Notes: generated from the sequence alone by a model not told the origin. DNA of 64,000 nucleotides from Candidatus Saccharimonadia bacterium (GCA_041743505.1 JBGTMQ010000019.1:6147-70146); one strand, 5' to 3'; positions 26,232 through 36,928 are shown, counted from the first letter of the stretch. Program-made: numbers and translations.

Positions 26232-26597
26232 GTGGGAGCCATGATCGGACATTCAAGCATTCAAGTCGGTAATGCGGCCGCCGACTCAACCAAAGGCTGG
26301 TTTATCGGCAGCTTTTTTGATGAATCACTTGGCCTTAGACGTACCAAGGACGTTGAGGTCAAATGGGGAATTCATCCAGCCGGCGAAGAACGGCCGGAGT
26401 GGGTCACCGGTGAAGCCCGCACCACATTAAGCATCCTCGTCTCTGGAAAGTGGGAAATGATATTCCCAGATCAAACCGTAGTGCTCTCCAAGCCGGGTGA
26501 CTTTGTTATGTGGGGTAAAGGAGTTGAGCATAAATGGCGGGCCATTGAAGATACAGTGGTCATGACCGTCCGCTGGCCCTCGATCAAACAGTACTAG
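26232..26597 (+). CDS. Cupin-domain protein
   Basis: Small beta-barrel-type sequence (GDFVMWGKGVEHKWRAIEDTVVMTV). Confidence 0.45.
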   Translation: MGAMIGHSSIQVGNAAADSTKGWFIGSFFDESLGLRRTKDVEVKWGIHPAGEERPEWVTGEARTTLSILVSGKWEMIFPDQTVVLSKPGDFVMWGKGVEHKWRAIEDTVVMTVRWPSIKQY

Positions 26598-26658
26598 GCT
26601 AGTAAGCTCCGTACCCGGCTGGCGCCCAAAGCGCCGGCCTTTTTGTTATCATAAAACC

Positions 26659-27216
26659 ATGAAACGAGCTATCATCATCCACTGCTGGGGCGGAAATCCA
26701 GGTTATTCCTGGTATCCATGGGCCAAAACTCAATTAGAAAAACACGGCTACCAAGTCACCGTTCCCGAAATGCCCGACACCGGCGCACCCCGGCTCGATA
26801 ATTGGCTGCCACACCTCCAGCAGGTCATAGGCCAGCCGGATGACGAACTGGTCCTCATCGGCCATAGCATCGGTACCGTCACCATCATGCGCTACCTCGA
26901 AACCCTCGGCGATGGGGAGCAGGTGGGCAAGGTCATACTAGTCGGCGGCTACACCGACCAAATCGGCTTCAAAGAGCTCGAAAACTTCTTCGAAGGGCAT
27001 CTCAACTTCGAGCAAATCAAAACCAAGAGCGCCCACGGGTTTGTCGCTATCCAATCGGATAATGACCCTTACGTATCAGCGCAATACGGCCACCGGTTCA
27101 AAGCCGAATTAGGCGCAAAACTCATAATCAAACCTGGTGCCAAACATATGTCCGGCGAGCTCGATGGCGAAAAACCTTACCTGGAGCTTCCAGAAGTTAT
27201 CGCAGAACTTTCCTAA
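26659..27216 (+). CDS. RBBP9/YdeN-family serine hydrolase (alpha/beta fold)
   Basis: About 185 aa. Nucleophile elbow GHSIG, and IIHCWGG near the N-terminus. Confidence 0.6.
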   Translation: MKRAIIIHCWGGNPGYSWYPWAKTQLEKHGYQVTVPEMPDTGAPRLDNWLPHLQQVIGQPDDELVLIGHSIGTVTIMRYLETLGDGEQVGKVILVGGYTDQIGFKELENFFEGHLNFEQIKTKSAHGFVAIQSDNDPYVSAQYGHRFKAELGAKLIIKPGAKHMSGELDGEKPYLELPEVIAELS

Positions 27217-27219
27217 CCT

Positions 27220-27978
27220 GTGTTAACCGAAGTCATTTTATCCATCCTGGCCGGATTCCTCGCTGGCAACATGAACGCCATTTCCGGTGGCGGCACGTTC
27301 ATTACCTACCCATTTTTGTTACTAATGGGTAATAGCAGCATCGTGGCCAACACTACCTCCACCGTAGCGCTCTGGCCCGGAATCCTGGCCAGCCTGCCTG
27401 GCTACAAAAAAGAACTAGTCCAGGTCAAATCCTGGATCAAGCTGTTCATCATTCCAGCGCTCATCGGCGGCCTTATCGGGAGCTTTATCCTCACGCATAC
27501 TCCCGAAAAAACCTTCAACCTCATCGTCCCGCTCCTTATTATCACCGGCTCACTAATTCTCCAGTTCCAGGAGCAAATCACCGGCTTCTTCCAGCGCATT
27601 CACCTGGACCGCCGAGCCCAGCGCATCATGTTTGTGCCACTGCTCCTAGTCATTGCCATCTACGGTGCCTACTTCGGCGCCGGTATCGGCATCTTGCTGT
27701 TAGGTTGCTTGGCGCTGGTCGGCATCAAGGACATCTACGAGAACATCGCTCTCAAAAACTCCCTGTCGCTCATCGTCAACTTCACCGCCGTGGTCTACTT
27801 CATCGCCGGCGGCTTCGTGCATTGGGCCATCGTCCCCACGCTGGCCCTGGGCGCCATAGTCGGAGGCTACACCGGCTCGCATCTGGCTCACCGCGTCAAT
27901 AAACGCACCGTCAAAACCTTCACGGTCATACTCGGCTTCGTCATCGCCATAACCCTCTTGGCGACAACCGTCAAATAG
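27220..27978 (+). CDS. TSUP (TauE/SafE) family membrane transporter
   Basis: Internal duplication with Gly-rich TM motifs (ISGGGTF, YFGAGIGILLLG). Confidence 0.65.
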   Translation: MLTEVILSILAGFLAGNMNAISGGGTFITYPFLLLMGNSSIVANTTSTVALWPGILASLPGYKKELVQVKSWIKLFIIPALIGGLIGSFILTHTPEKTFNLIVPLLIITGSLILQFQEQITGFFQRIHLDRRAQRIMFVPLLLVIAIYGAYFGAGIGILLLGCLALVGIKDIYENIALKNSLSLIVNFTAVVYFIAGGFVHWAIVPTLALGAIVGGYTGSHLAHRVNKRTVKTFTVILGFVIAITLLATTVK

Positions 27979-27981
27979 CTT

Positions 27982-28791
27982 ATGCTTGAACCAATAGTCA
28001 CGGGATCCTTTGTGCTTAAATCATTGCTAAAAATTCGCATCAGCACCATAGCGGTGGTTTTGTTTGTATTCTACCTGGTATTCATTCAGCTCAACGTGCC
28101 CATGAAGCTAACTCCCGGCCAACTAGCCCTCTTCTCCGTCAATTCGTTCCTGTTTGGTTATTACTTCGCACCCATGCTGTCGGCTCAAAAATCCCGTGTT
28201 GCGGCCCTCATTGCCGCCGTCCGCCAGGAGGAAACAGCCATCCTCGATATCCTCACCCAATCCCACTTGCTATCCAAGCCGGTCCGCCACAAGCTCAAGG
28301 TTAAACTGCGCGTCTACCTCGACGACATCATCGGCAACACCCATGTCAAAGCCGACAACCCGTACTATGACGAGCTACTCTACTACTCCAAAAAAGCCAC
28401 CGGCGAAGATGCGGCGGTGATGAATGTTATCTACGACCGCCTGGCCAAGACCCTAACCAACCGCGATACGATGAACAACCTGTTTGCCACCCGGGTTTAC
28501 AGCCATGAATGGCTGGTCGGCACCGTACTATTCTTCATTACCTTGTTCTTCTCCCTCCAAATCGACTACAACGGCTCGGTCTTATTCGGGGTCATGATGG
28601 CCATTTTGTGCACTGGCCTAACGCTTCTCATGGTCATCCTCATCAAGTTCGCCACCCTGACTCATAAAGAGGCCAAGCGCATGTGGCGCCCGCTAGAGGA
28701 GCTCATCGTTAACCACTTTGAGGACATCACCCCGGCCGAAGCCAAAGCCGAAAAAGCCCGCGTCGACAAGCAGGCCCTCGCACCAAAATAG
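27982..28791 (+). CDS. Hypothetical membrane protein
   Basis: Four predicted TM helices. Function unknown. Confidence 0.4.
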   Translation: MLEPIVTGSFVLKSLLKIRISTIAVVLFVFYLVFIQLNVPMKLTPGQLALFSVNSFLFGYYFAPMLSAQKSRVAALIAAVRQEETAILDILTQSHLLSKPVRHKLKVKLRVYLDDIIGNTHVKADNPYYDELLYYSKKATGEDAAVMNVIYDRLAKTLTNRDTMNNLFATRVYSHEWLVGTVLFFITLFFSLQIDYNGSVLFGVMMAILCTGLTLLMVILIKFATLTHKEAKRMWRPLEELIVNHFEDITPAEAKAEKARVDKQALAPK

Positions 28792-28856
28792 CTTTGAGCA
28801 CAAGAACCTTTGCCCCCAAGCGCTTTCGTGGGTATAATAGGCGGGTTATAAATTAT

Positions 28857-28931
<75 letters not shown>

Positions 28932-29060
28932 TAGAACTCATACTTTATTTCAACTTATCGCTTTGATATTGACTTATAGAAGCAACTGTATTATAATTAC
29001 ATATACGTCCGGATTAGGAATCGTGCGCCCTTTGCGCATCCGCACTCTTCGAGGAGTCTC

Positions 29061-29489
29061 GTGTTCACAACAAAGTCAGTGCTGGAATTCGATCGGCATG
29101 AACTGATGGATCTTGTACATCAATCAGCCGCCTGCGTAATCGTGTTCTGCCAGCGGTCACTTGATGAGATGAGTCAGGATCCAATCGGCCAGGTACTCAA
29201 GGAGTACTTAGACTGCGGAGACCGCGTGCTAGCCGATAAGCTGTTCGCTCAGGTTAGCCTGATCTACGACTTCGCGAAGCTGGCTCTTGACGATAAGACC
29301 GGCGACTACCGCATCTACAATGAAGATGTGTTGATCATTACCATCGCGCTCCAGTATTTTCAGGGCTGGAAGACAGCCTACGTCGCCCCAATCGACCGGG
29401 ACCATGGTCATTGGGGCCGTGGGTCGATCGTCAACCAGCGGGATTGGACGGGTCTCAACAAGTTGCTCGTTCAAAAATTCACTAGGTAA
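29061..29489 (+). CDS. Hypothetical protein (142 aa)
   Basis: RBS GAGGAGtctcGTG. Followed by a family-D terminator at 29508-29550. Confidence 0.5.
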   Translation: MFTTKSVLEFDRHELMDLVHQSAACVIVFCQRSLDEMSQDPIGQVLKEYLDCGDRVLADKLFAQVSLIYDFAKLALDDKTGDYRIYNEDVLIITIALQYFQGWKTAYVAPIDRDHGHWGRGSIVNQRDWTGLNKLLVQKFTR

Positions 29490-29507
29490 CAATCCACAAC
29501 ACCTGCA

Positions 29508-29550
29508 TAAGGTGGAGCCCCGTCAAGTAGGACGGGGCTTTTACTTTTTA
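29508..29550 (+). terminator. Family-D conserved terminator (AAGGTGGAGCCCCG...CGGGGCTTTT) copy 1
   Basis: Hairpin + T-run. The AAGGTGGAGCCCCG lead-in is shared with copies at 30266-30307 and 31511-31550. Confidence 0.65.
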
Positions 29551-29662
29551 TGTCGGCCACCGCATAACAACATTGGACTTATTAGAGTTTATATGCTATA
29601 ATAATTAATCCATCTGGATAGCATAGTGCTCACTTTGAGCACTCGTACAGGAAGGAAAAATT

Positions 29663-29920
29663 GTGGCCGCCCTCGAGCGTGTCCTGCCCGATGCCACCGG
29701 CTTCACGCCCAACGGCTATGTTGATCCGTACCCTCACAGTGACCTCCAGCGTCCATGCACAGGACCGTGCTGTGAGCCCGAAGCATACCCGCAACCATAT
29801 CGCTGGTGGTGCCAAGGCGACAAATGCATGGCGGTTCTGCTGGAGCCGGGCGAGTGCATCAACTGCTACCCGCAGGACCACACCGTCACACGGCTGATGC
29901 CGATCCAGCACTCATGTTAG
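29663..29920 (+). CDS. Small Cys-rich protein (85 aa)
   Basis: RBS GGAAGGAaaaattGTG. 9 Cys residues (CTGPCCEPE...WWCQGDKCM...CINC). Confidence 0.45.
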   Translation: MAALERVLPDATGFTPNGYVDPYPHSDLQRPCTGPCCEPEAYPQPYRWWCQGDKCMAVLLEPGECINCYPQDHTVTRLMPIQHSC

Positions 29921-29934
29921 AAAGGAGACGCACC

Positions 29935-30243
29935 GTGTCTGGTCATGATGGGCATGAGACGCTCGTAGCATTGCGTGAGGGCAAAGTCGTCGATCTCGAT
30001 GGCGTCCTGCTCGTGATGGACGACGGCGAGCTGGCTCCCGGTGACACCTACATCGGCGCCCGCAACACCGTCGACGTCTACACCTGCAGGAGCATCAACC
30101 GCGAACAAGGTTGGGTCAACTCCGAAGGGCGAGGTTACAGCTTCGATACCTGGGAGTGCGTCAAGGTACGCTTTGCTACTGACGGCGCCACCGCGGACTA
30201 CGTCGTCCCCGGGCATTGTCTTCACAAAGCAGCCATATCCTAA
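29935..30243 (+). CDS. Hypothetical small protein (102 aa)
   Basis: RBS AAAGGAGacgcaccGTG. Followed by a family-D terminator at 30266-30307. Confidence 0.45.
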   Translation: MSGHDGHETLVALREGKVVDLDGVLLVMDDGELAPGDTYIGARNTVDVYTCRSINREQGWVNSEGRGYSFDTWECVKVRFATDGATADYVVPGHCLHKAAIS

Positions 30244-30265
30244 TCCGGCACAATACATCCTAACC

Positions 30266-30307
30266 AGGTGGAACCCCCGTCAATTGGCGGGGGTTCTTAC
30301 TTTTACC
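30266..30307 (+). terminator. Family-D conserved terminator copy 2
   Basis: GGTGGAACCCCCGtcaattgGCGGGGGTTCTTACTTTT. Confidence 0.65.
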
Positions 30308-30417
30308 TGCTTGCATGGCAAGCTCTCTGGACTTCTTGCCCATTTTATGCCATATTAATACATTCCCTTTTCAAATCTATCAGCATCATCTGCAAGGTAC
30401 TCACCCGAGGAGATAAC

Positions 30418-30975
30418 ATGCAGGCACAGATGTTCAGCTTTCTCGTCGAGCGCTTGCTACCTTTCGGGTATAGGAGAGCATGGAGGGAAACGGAAGAATC
30501 CTTCCGCGACGTCCAGGAAATACTGGCCCCATCCTGGAATCCGTTCGAATATGTACCGGAGGGTTCCCGCACACAGCTCTTCGCCGCCCTCGCCAACGGT
30601 GTTGCACCGTTCACGGCCGTCATGAGAGTCCTTGTGACACACCCCGAAGGGGCCTGGCCGGCCGGGTTCAAGCTTCTGTATCAGAGCGACCAAGCAGCCA
30701 CCCGGGCTTTCGACGAGCACGATCAGTCGAACTGGCACCTTCGCAATGCTTGGGGCAATTTGGTGCCCACCGCCATCGACCCACCTTCGTGCGGCTGCAC
30801 TGAGTGCCTTATCGGGGAGTACATTCCACTGCAGAGCGTCACTACGGGCATGATGCGTGACATGGTGGCCGGCTACATCCGCAATAACACCTATCAGGAC
30901 TACTGGGTGGAATTCGAGCAAGACCCCGAGAACTACGGCGGCTGGCGCCAAAAGCTAGTGTCCGCGTATCACTAA
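30418..30975 (+). CDS. Hypothetical protein (185 aa)
   Basis: RBS GAGGAGataacATG. Terminator at 30984-31014. Confidence 0.5.
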   Translation: MQAQMFSFLVERLLPFGYRRAWRETEESFRDVQEILAPSWNPFEYVPEGSRTQLFAALANGVAPFTAVMRVLVTHPEGAWPAGFKLLYQSDQAATRAFDEHDQSNWHLRNAWGNLVPTAIDPPSCGCTECLIGEYIPLQSVTTGMMRDMVAGYIRNNTYQDYWVEFEQDPENYGGWRQKLVSAYH

Positions 30976-31129
30976 TCTACCGGTCCCGCTAAACATGGCG
31001 GGGCCCTCTTTTTAATCTGGTTGAAACAACAGCCAGTTCAAAACTTGACTTTTTACACAAATAATGCTATTATGCATACGTCCATTGGGGTTTACCCCCA
31101 CAGAAGCATGGCCAGCGCAAGGAGTTGTC

Positions 31130-31474
31130 ATGACCAACGCGCCAAGCACCACCACACGTATCCCCGCCGACTGGACCGTAGACACCGCAACCGGCCGGTC
31201 CAACAGTTCGGCTGAGTTCACGAGCCTGGTCAAGTTCGTGGGTGAACTCATTCGCGGCCATGCTGCAATGCTCATGGGCGGCCAGGCGGACGCTGTCGGC
31301 CAGCTCATCATGGCCCAGCTTGCACATTTGAAGGGCCTCGTCCCCTCGCACTACGATCAAGGAGTTCAGATCGAGAGCGTGAGGCTCGAGGATGGCCGGC
31401 TCGTGGGCATATTGTGGTTCGGTGGCCAGCGTCTGACGTTCACGACCGAAACCGCCCCCGACCCCATGCCGTAA
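31130..31474 (+). CDS. Hypothetical protein (114 aa)
   Basis: RBS AAGGAGttgtcATG. Family-D terminator at 31511-31550. Confidence 0.5.
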   Translation: MTNAPSTTTRIPADWTVDTATGRSNSSAEFTSLVKFVGELIRGHAAMLMGGQADAVGQLIMAQLAHLKGLVPSHYDQGVQIESVRLEDGRLVGILWFGGQRLTFTTETAPDPMP

Positions 31475-31510
31475 GGCATCGCCCCGCCAGGGGCAGCCGG
31501 TAACACCACA

Positions 31511-31550
31511 AGGTGGAGCCCCGCTGCTTTTGGCGGGGCCCTCTTTTTAT
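31511..31550 (+). terminator. Family-D conserved terminator copy 3
   Basis: AAGGTGGAGCCCCGCtgcttttgGCGGGGCCCTCTTTTT. Confidence 0.65.
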
Positions 31551-31611
31551 AAATACCCCCAAATGAAAAATGCTCCCAACAAAGCCAAAGGCCTCATCGG
31601 GAGCTGTGTCG

Positions 31612-32331
31612 TCACGCCTTACTTGAACGATGCAGCCCGCTTAGCAGCATGCCGAGCCATTGCCGAACCGTCAGCGGAGCACGCCGGATACGCGACAAGG
31701 CTGCCTCGGCCCGCCAACCACCCAACAGCAGGGCTTTGGCCCGGCGCAAATGAGCAGGGGAGCCATGGTCCGGTATCAGCGTCAGCACCTGGCCGATTAC
31801 CCGCATCATGTCGTCATGCCGCCCGAGCCGGGACAAGGCGCTAGCATAATGAAGCTTGTTATACAGCTCACGTTTATGAGCCCCGGCCCGGTGCAATTCC
31901 CGATCTGCTATCTCGAAGGTGGTAACCGCCTCATCCAATTGGCCTTGCCTTACTTGCAGGCGGCCCAAGAAGCCCAGGCTTGTCGCATGTTCAGCCGGAT
32001 ACTGGTCCACCGACAAAATCAACAATGAGCGGTTAATGCAATCCTGTGCCTCCTGGAGATCACCCATCGCACCGTAGGACTCGGCCATATCACGGAGTAT
32101 GGCGGACAGCTCCGTGCCGAAGGCGCGCAGAAGGAGCTTCTTGTAACGCACAATTGCTTCTTCGTACCAGCCCGTCATCTGGAGGCAAACACCAATCATG
32201 TGTTCGCAATGCCGGTCTCGCGGGCCCCCGCGTGCCAGCGCGCATTCGTAGTAGTCAATCGCCATCGCCGGCTTATGCACACGCTCCCGCAGCCTGTCAC
32301 CCTCGTCTACAAAGATATCGTAGGCAGTCAT
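31612..32331 (-). CDS. TPR-like repeat protein, tandem paralog A
   Basis: Helical repeat composition. Shares blocks with the upstream paralog (HRAGAHKRELYNKLHYASALSRLGR vs QRAGPHALHNKLHYATALSCAGR). Start overlaps the upstream stop (ATGA). Confidence 0.55.
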   Translation of the reverse strand: MTAYDIFVDEGDRLRERVHKPAMAIDYYECALARGGPRDRHCEHMIGVCLQMTGWYEEAIVRYKKLLLRAFGTELSAILRDMAESYGAMGDLQEAQDCINRSLLILSVDQYPAEHATSLGFLGRLQVRQGQLDEAVTTFEIADRELHRAGAHKRELYNKLHYASALSRLGRHDDMMRVIGQVLTLIPDHGSPAHLRRAKALLLGGWRAEAALSRIRRAPLTVRQWLGMLLSGLHRSSKA

Positions 32332-33026
32332 CTTGGCTCCTCCGCTCGCTCCGTACGATTTGCCCACTTGCGCAGCCGCCGGGCCAGGTCACGGCCTTGC
32401 GTCACGGCGCTATCAGCCCGCCAGCCACCATACCGGATAACCAGGGCCCGGCCCAGGTCCACCCGGGTGCCGTGCTCAGGTATAAGCACCAGCGCCTCAC
32501 CAATAACCCGTACACACTCAACCCGCCGCCCGGCACAGGATAATGCCGTAGCATAGTGGAGCTTATTATGTAGTGCATGTGGCCCGGCCCGTTGATCATC
32601 GGCCACCGCAAAGTGTGCCAGAGCGTCTGCTAGTGCGCCCATCGATACCAACAGCCGCCCTCTAAAACCGAGTGTAATGAGATACTCTTGGTAATATTGC
32701 CTAGCGGGCAGAAGGTCAAATGACTCTTCCAATAGAGCCTCAGCCGTTTCGTATTCACCCAGGCACCGGTGGCACTCCGCCATGCTGCGCAGAGTCAGTC
32801 CGGCCGCGTAATTAGGGGCGTGCTTGGCGCCTTCTTCATACCAGGTCAGAGCCTCACGGTCCTCACCCATAGCGTGGCAGCAGCTACCAATCATACCCAT
32901 AAAATGCCGGTTAAAGGCGTGGTCAGTCGTTAATCGCCTTAGGCTGTTGTTCATAATCTGGCGGGGACTGGAATGCTTTTTTCGAAGAACTGCAACCACA
33001 ATCTTGATCATATCGCCACTAGTCAT
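32328..33026 (-). CDS. TPR-like repeat protein, tandem paralog B
   Basis: RBS AAGGAGcggaaATG. Paralogous to 31612..32331. Confidence 0.55.
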   Translation of the reverse strand: MTSGDMIKIVVAVLRKKHSSPRQIMNNSLRRLTTDHAFNRHFMGMIGSCCHAMGEDREALTWYEEGAKHAPNYAAGLTLRSMAECHRCLGEYETAEALLEESFDLLPARQYYQEYLITLGFRGRLLVSMGALADALAHFAVADDQRAGPHALHNKLHYATALSCAGRRVECVRVIGEALVLIPEHGTRVDLGRALVIRYGGWRADSAVTQGRDLARRLRKWANRTERAEEPR

Positions 33027-33109
33027 TTCCGCTCCTTGGGTTGGCCGGACGATGTGCGAAATTATGACTCAACAATCGGCACTTGTATAGATCGTGTATT
33101 ATTAGGGGC

Positions 33110-34069
33110 ATGGAAGCACTATCCAAGAAGTTCAATCTGTTCGGCAAGCATCCCGATCGCACAACCTTAATCCTGCGCTGGGTCGTGGCGGTAGTGTTAG
33201 TCGGGCTCGCCGTAGCAGCCGTACTGGCCGGCATCGCCCATGCCATGTCGCCGGCAGCTATTCGGGCGCCTAAGTCTACGCATTATCATTTTCGGATGCA
33301 ACTCATCAACGATGGCCAACCGGTTAATTTTGGCGATAAAGCCTTTCAGACGCCACTCAACCACGATGTTTGCAGCGCAAAACTAACCAAAGAGCCGGTT
33401 CATTTTCATGATAGAGTCGACCAGTTCGTGCATGTGCACTGGGACCACGTTACGGGCGCTTTATTACTCAAAAATTACGGCTGGAATCTTAGCGGTGGAC
33501 TGCCCGGCAGTCTCGGATACCGGTTTGACAAGCTGCCTGGCGTAACGAATGTGCCAGTTCATGGCAAAGTACTGCCGCAAGCACCCCAAGATGCCCGGTA
33601 TTACATCTATACGGGCGATGACAGCAGCTACCGTGAGCGCGATTGGAATAAGTTTCTAAACGAAGACCTTAACGTGTTCTTCGGCCACCCGAAAGTGACA
33701 GCATCGTCAGCCTCATCGACGGGGTTATGGAGCTGGTTAGTTCCGGCAGCCTCGGCCACGAGTTTTCCCGAAGAAACGCAGGCCCCCCCGGGGCCAGCCA
33801 AAAGTACGCAGCCGACACCCGCGCCTGGCAAAAGCAGCAATAGCCCCACTCCACGACCACACAACCATAGTGGTACTCAGGGACAAACGCCCAGCCCGAG
33901 CCCTGCTAGCCAGGCCGGTGGCGGGCAGTCGCAGGAGGAGTTAGCCAAAATTAACCGTCTAGTAGGTAATGTAGTGATTTTCGTCCAAAAGGACCGTCCG
34001 TCGGACCAGGCGGTCAAAAAACGGTTTACAAATCTGGTACCGATGCTTCTTAGCGCTTGTGGCGGCTAG
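33110..34069 (+). CDS. Membrane-anchored extracytoplasmic protein with Ser/Pro-rich region
   Basis: N-terminal TM (LILRWVVAVVLVGLAVAAVLAGIA), a His-rich central domain, and a PT/S-rich linker. The track ORF extends upstream to 33083. Confidence 0.45.
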   Translation: MEALSKKFNLFGKHPDRTTLILRWVVAVVLVGLAVAAVLAGIAHAMSPAAIRAPKSTHYHFRMQLINDGQPVNFGDKAFQTPLNHDVCSAKLTKEPVHFHDRVDQFVHVHWDHVTGALLLKNYGWNLSGGLPGSLGYRFDKLPGVTNVPVHGKVLPQAPQDARYYIYTGDDSSYRERDWNKFLNEDLNVFFGHPKVTASSASSTGLWSWLVPAASATSFPEETQAPPGPAKSTQPTPAPGKSSNSPTPRPHNHSGTQGQTPSPSPASQAGGGQSQEELAKINRLVGNVVIFVQKDRPSDQAVKKRFTNLVPMLLSACGG

Positions 34070-34072
34070 ATC

Positions 34073-34963
34073 GTGCTTGATCAGATTGTCTGGCCCAAGC
34101 CGGGCCGGTACGTGGTGGCCGTATCTGGCGGCTGTGACTCGATAACACTGCTAGATCTGGTCACAGCCGCCGCTAGCCGGCGCGGCTACCAGCTGGTTGT
34201 GGCCCACTTTGATCATGGCCTGCGCTCAGACTCTGCCACCGACCGCCATCTGGTCAAAGCCGCCGCCGCTCGTTACGGCTGGCCTTTCGCCACCACCGAA
34301 GGCCGGCTCGGCCAGGCCAGCGAGGATCAGGCCCGCACTGCGCGGCACCGGTTCCTGGAGCGCGTCCGCCATTACTATGATGCGCACGGCATTTTAACGG
34401 CCCACCACCAGGACGATCTTCTCGAGACCAGCTTGCTCAACCTGGCCCGGGGGTCAGGCCGGCGGGGCCTGGCGCCCATGCCGGCCGGCAGCCGCATCCT
34501 CCGCCCCTTGCTGGGCATTCCGCGACTTCAGGTCCGGGAGTACGCCCATACGCATAAGCTATTATGGCGCGAAGATTCCACCAACGACGACCGGTCTAAC
34601 CCGCGTAATTTTATCCGTCTCGAGCTCCTGCCCGCGGCCGAAGCCCCCTGGCGTGAACAATACCTGGAACTGGTCCGCCGGCTAAGCCGGCTCAATCAGG
34701 ATATTGATCACCAGCTGGAAACCATTCATACTGACGGGGAGCTGCTTCCCAGGCCGCTCGTTTTAGAATTAAGTCTCGAAGAACTAGCCGAACTCATTAT
34801 CAACATTACCCAAACGCTAGCACCGGGTATTGAGCTGGAATCACGTTTGGTTCAGGAACTGGCAGTCTTTGCCAAAACCGCCAAACCGGGACGCCGCCGC
34901 CCGCTGCGTCAGGGCATTAGCGTAAAAATTACGCGCGACGGAGCCTTGCTTTATCGGTCCTAG
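34073..34963 (+). CDS. tilS: tRNA(Ile)-lysidine synthetase
   Basis: PP-loop motif VAVSGGCDS. Position upstream of ftsH as in many bacteria. Confidence 0.8.
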   Translation: MLDQIVWPKPGRYVVAVSGGCDSITLLDLVTAAASRRGYQLVVAHFDHGLRSDSATDRHLVKAAAARYGWPFATTEGRLGQASEDQARTARHRFLERVRHYYDAHGILTAHHQDDLLETSLLNLARGSGRRGLAPMPAGSRILRPLLGIPRLQVREYAHTHKLLWREDSTNDDRSNPRNFIRLELLPAAEAPWREQYLELVRRLSRLNQDIDHQLETIHTDGELLPRPLVLELSLEELAELIINITQTLAPGIELESRLVQELAVFAKTAKPGRRRPLRQGISVKITRDGALLYRS

Positions 34964-35023
34964 CGCTAGCCACGGCGACTAATGTCGGCGTATACTGTAT
35001 GGGTATTTCGAAAGTAGGATGAT

Positions 35024-36925
35024 ATGAAGATGAAGAAAAGTACCCGGAGTTTCATGTTTCTGGTGGGCGCCATTTTAGTGGCGGCCGTTCTCTTGGTGCT
35101 AACGTTGCCCACGACGCGCACCGAAAATGTTTCACTGTCACAGCTCGTAGATGAAGCCAAGTCTGGCAAGGTTGAACGGATTGAAGTCGACGGCGACAAG
35201 CTAACTGCCACTCTCAAGGATTCAAACGCAGCTAAACAGGTGGCCTACAAGGAGAGCGGCACCAGCTTAGTTAAAGATTATGGCATTGACCCCAAGAAGG
35301 TCGTCATTGATCCCAAGTCGAGCGAGGGCGGATCAAATATCTGGCTGCAACTGTTGCTGACCCTGCTCCCAATCGCGCTGATTATTGGTTTCTTTTACTT
35401 CATGATGCGCCAGGCCCAAGGGCAAGGGAACCAAGCCATGAATTTTGGCAAAAGCCGGGCCCGGTTATATGGCACCGATAAGAAGAAAGTCACTTTCAAA
35501 GAGGTGGCCGGCGCCGACGAGGCCAAGCAGGAGCTAACCGAAATTGTTGAGTTCCTCAAATACCCCACCAAATTCGAGGCACTGGGAGCCAAAATCCCCA
35601 AGGGCGTCCTGTTATACGGCCCTCCTGGAACCGGTAAAACGCTGTTAGCTCGAGCCGTAGCCGGTGAAGCCGGCGTACCGTTCTTTAGTATCGCTGGTTC
35701 GGATTTTGTGGAAATGTTTGTGGGTGTCGGTGCCTCCCGCGTACGCGACCTGTTCATGAAAGCCAAGAAGAACGCACCCTGCATCATCTTTATTGATGAG
35801 ATCGACGCCGTCGGCCGCCAGCGCGGCACCGGCATGGGCGGCGGCCACGATGAGCGCGAGCAAACGCTCAATCAGATTCTGGTCGAAATGGACGGCTTCG
35901 AGCAAGGCACCAACGTCATCGTCATGGCGGCCACCAACCGGCCTGACGTCCTTGACCCGGCCCTCCTGCGTCCTGGCCGTTTCGACCGCCGTGTTACTCT
36001 AGACTCGCCCGATTACAAGAGCCGCAAAGCTATTCTGGAAGTCCATTCGGAAGGCAAACCGCTCGATAAAGACGCTAACCTCGACGAGGTCGCCAAAAAG
36101 ACGCCCGGCTTTAGTGGCGCCGACCTGGAGAACCTCATGAACGAGGCGGCTATCTTTGCTGCCCGGCAAGACAAGAAGAAGATCAACCAGAAGGACATGA
36201 CCGTATCACTCGAGAAAGTCCTCATGGGACCGGAACGCAAAACCCACGTCATGAACGCCGCCGAAAAGGAGATTACCGCCTACCACGAGGCCGGTCATGC
36301 CATCGTGGCTCATATCTTGCCCAACTGCCATCCGGTTAACAAAGTCTCGATCATCTCGCGCGGCCGCGCCGGCGGGTTTACCTGGACTCTGCCCGATGAA
36401 GACCGCCACCTAAACAGCATTGCCGATTTCAAGGATGACCTCGCCCATATGCTAGGCGGCCGTTTTGCTGAGCAAGTCGTATTTGGCGCGACAGCCATTA
36501 CCACCGGTGCCTCCAACGATTTGCAAAAGGCCACCCAACTGGCCCGCAGCATGATCATGGATTACGGCATGAGTCAAAAATTACCTAACCGGGTATTTGG
36601 CTCTCAGAGCGATGCTGTTTTCTTGGGCCGGGAGTTAGGTGAGCAGCGTAATTACTCGGAAGACGTCGCCAAGATCATCGACGAGGAGGTAGCAGCGCTC
36701 ATCTATGAGGCCGGTCAGCGGGCCGAGAAGGTTATTACAGAGCACCGCACCAAAGTCGACAAGATCGCCACCAAACTTGTCAAAGACGAGGTCATTGACA
36801 AGGAAGAGTTCATTGAACTGGTCGGCCCGCGTCCCGCTAAACCCAAGAAAGATGACCCGCGCGAACCTGACGTTCCTGGTCAAGAAATCGGACCAGACAT
36901 CTCCGGGAGCCCAGCGGCAGCGTAG
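35024..36925 (+). CDS. ftsH: ATP-dependent zinc metalloprotease FtsH
   Basis: N-terminal TM helices, AAA Walker A GPPGTGKT, second region of homology, and zinc motif HEAGHA. Confidence 0.95.
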   Translation: MKMKKSTRSFMFLVGAILVAAVLLVLTLPTTRTENVSLSQLVDEAKSGKVERIEVDGDKLTATLKDSNAAKQVAYKESGTSLVKDYGIDPKKVVIDPKSSEGGSNIWLQLLLTLLPIALIIGFFYFMMRQAQGQGNQAMNFGKSRARLYGTDKKKVTFKEVAGADEAKQELTEIVEFLKYPTKFEALGAKIPKGVLLYGPPGTGKTLLARAVAGEAGVPFFSIAGSDFVEMFVGVGASRVRDLFMKAKKNAPCIIFIDEIDAVGRQRGTGMGGGHDEREQTLNQILVEMDGFEQGTNVIVMAATNRPDVLDPALLRPGRFDRRVTLDSPDYKSRKAILEVHSEGKPLDKDANLDEVAKKTPGFSGADLENLMNEAAIFAARQDKKKINQKDMTVSLEKVLMGPERKTHVMNAAEKEITAYHEAGHAIVAHILPNCHPVNKVSIISRGRAGGFTWTLPDEDRHLNSIADFKDDLAHMLGGRFAEQVVFGATAITTGASNDLQKATQLARSMIMDYGMSQKLPNRVFGSQSDAVFLGRELGEQRNYSEDVAKIIDEEVAALIYEAGQRAEKVITEHRTKVDKIATKLVKDEVIDKEEFIELVGPRPAKPKKDDPREPDVPGQEIGPDISGSPAAA

Positions 36926-36928
36926 CAC

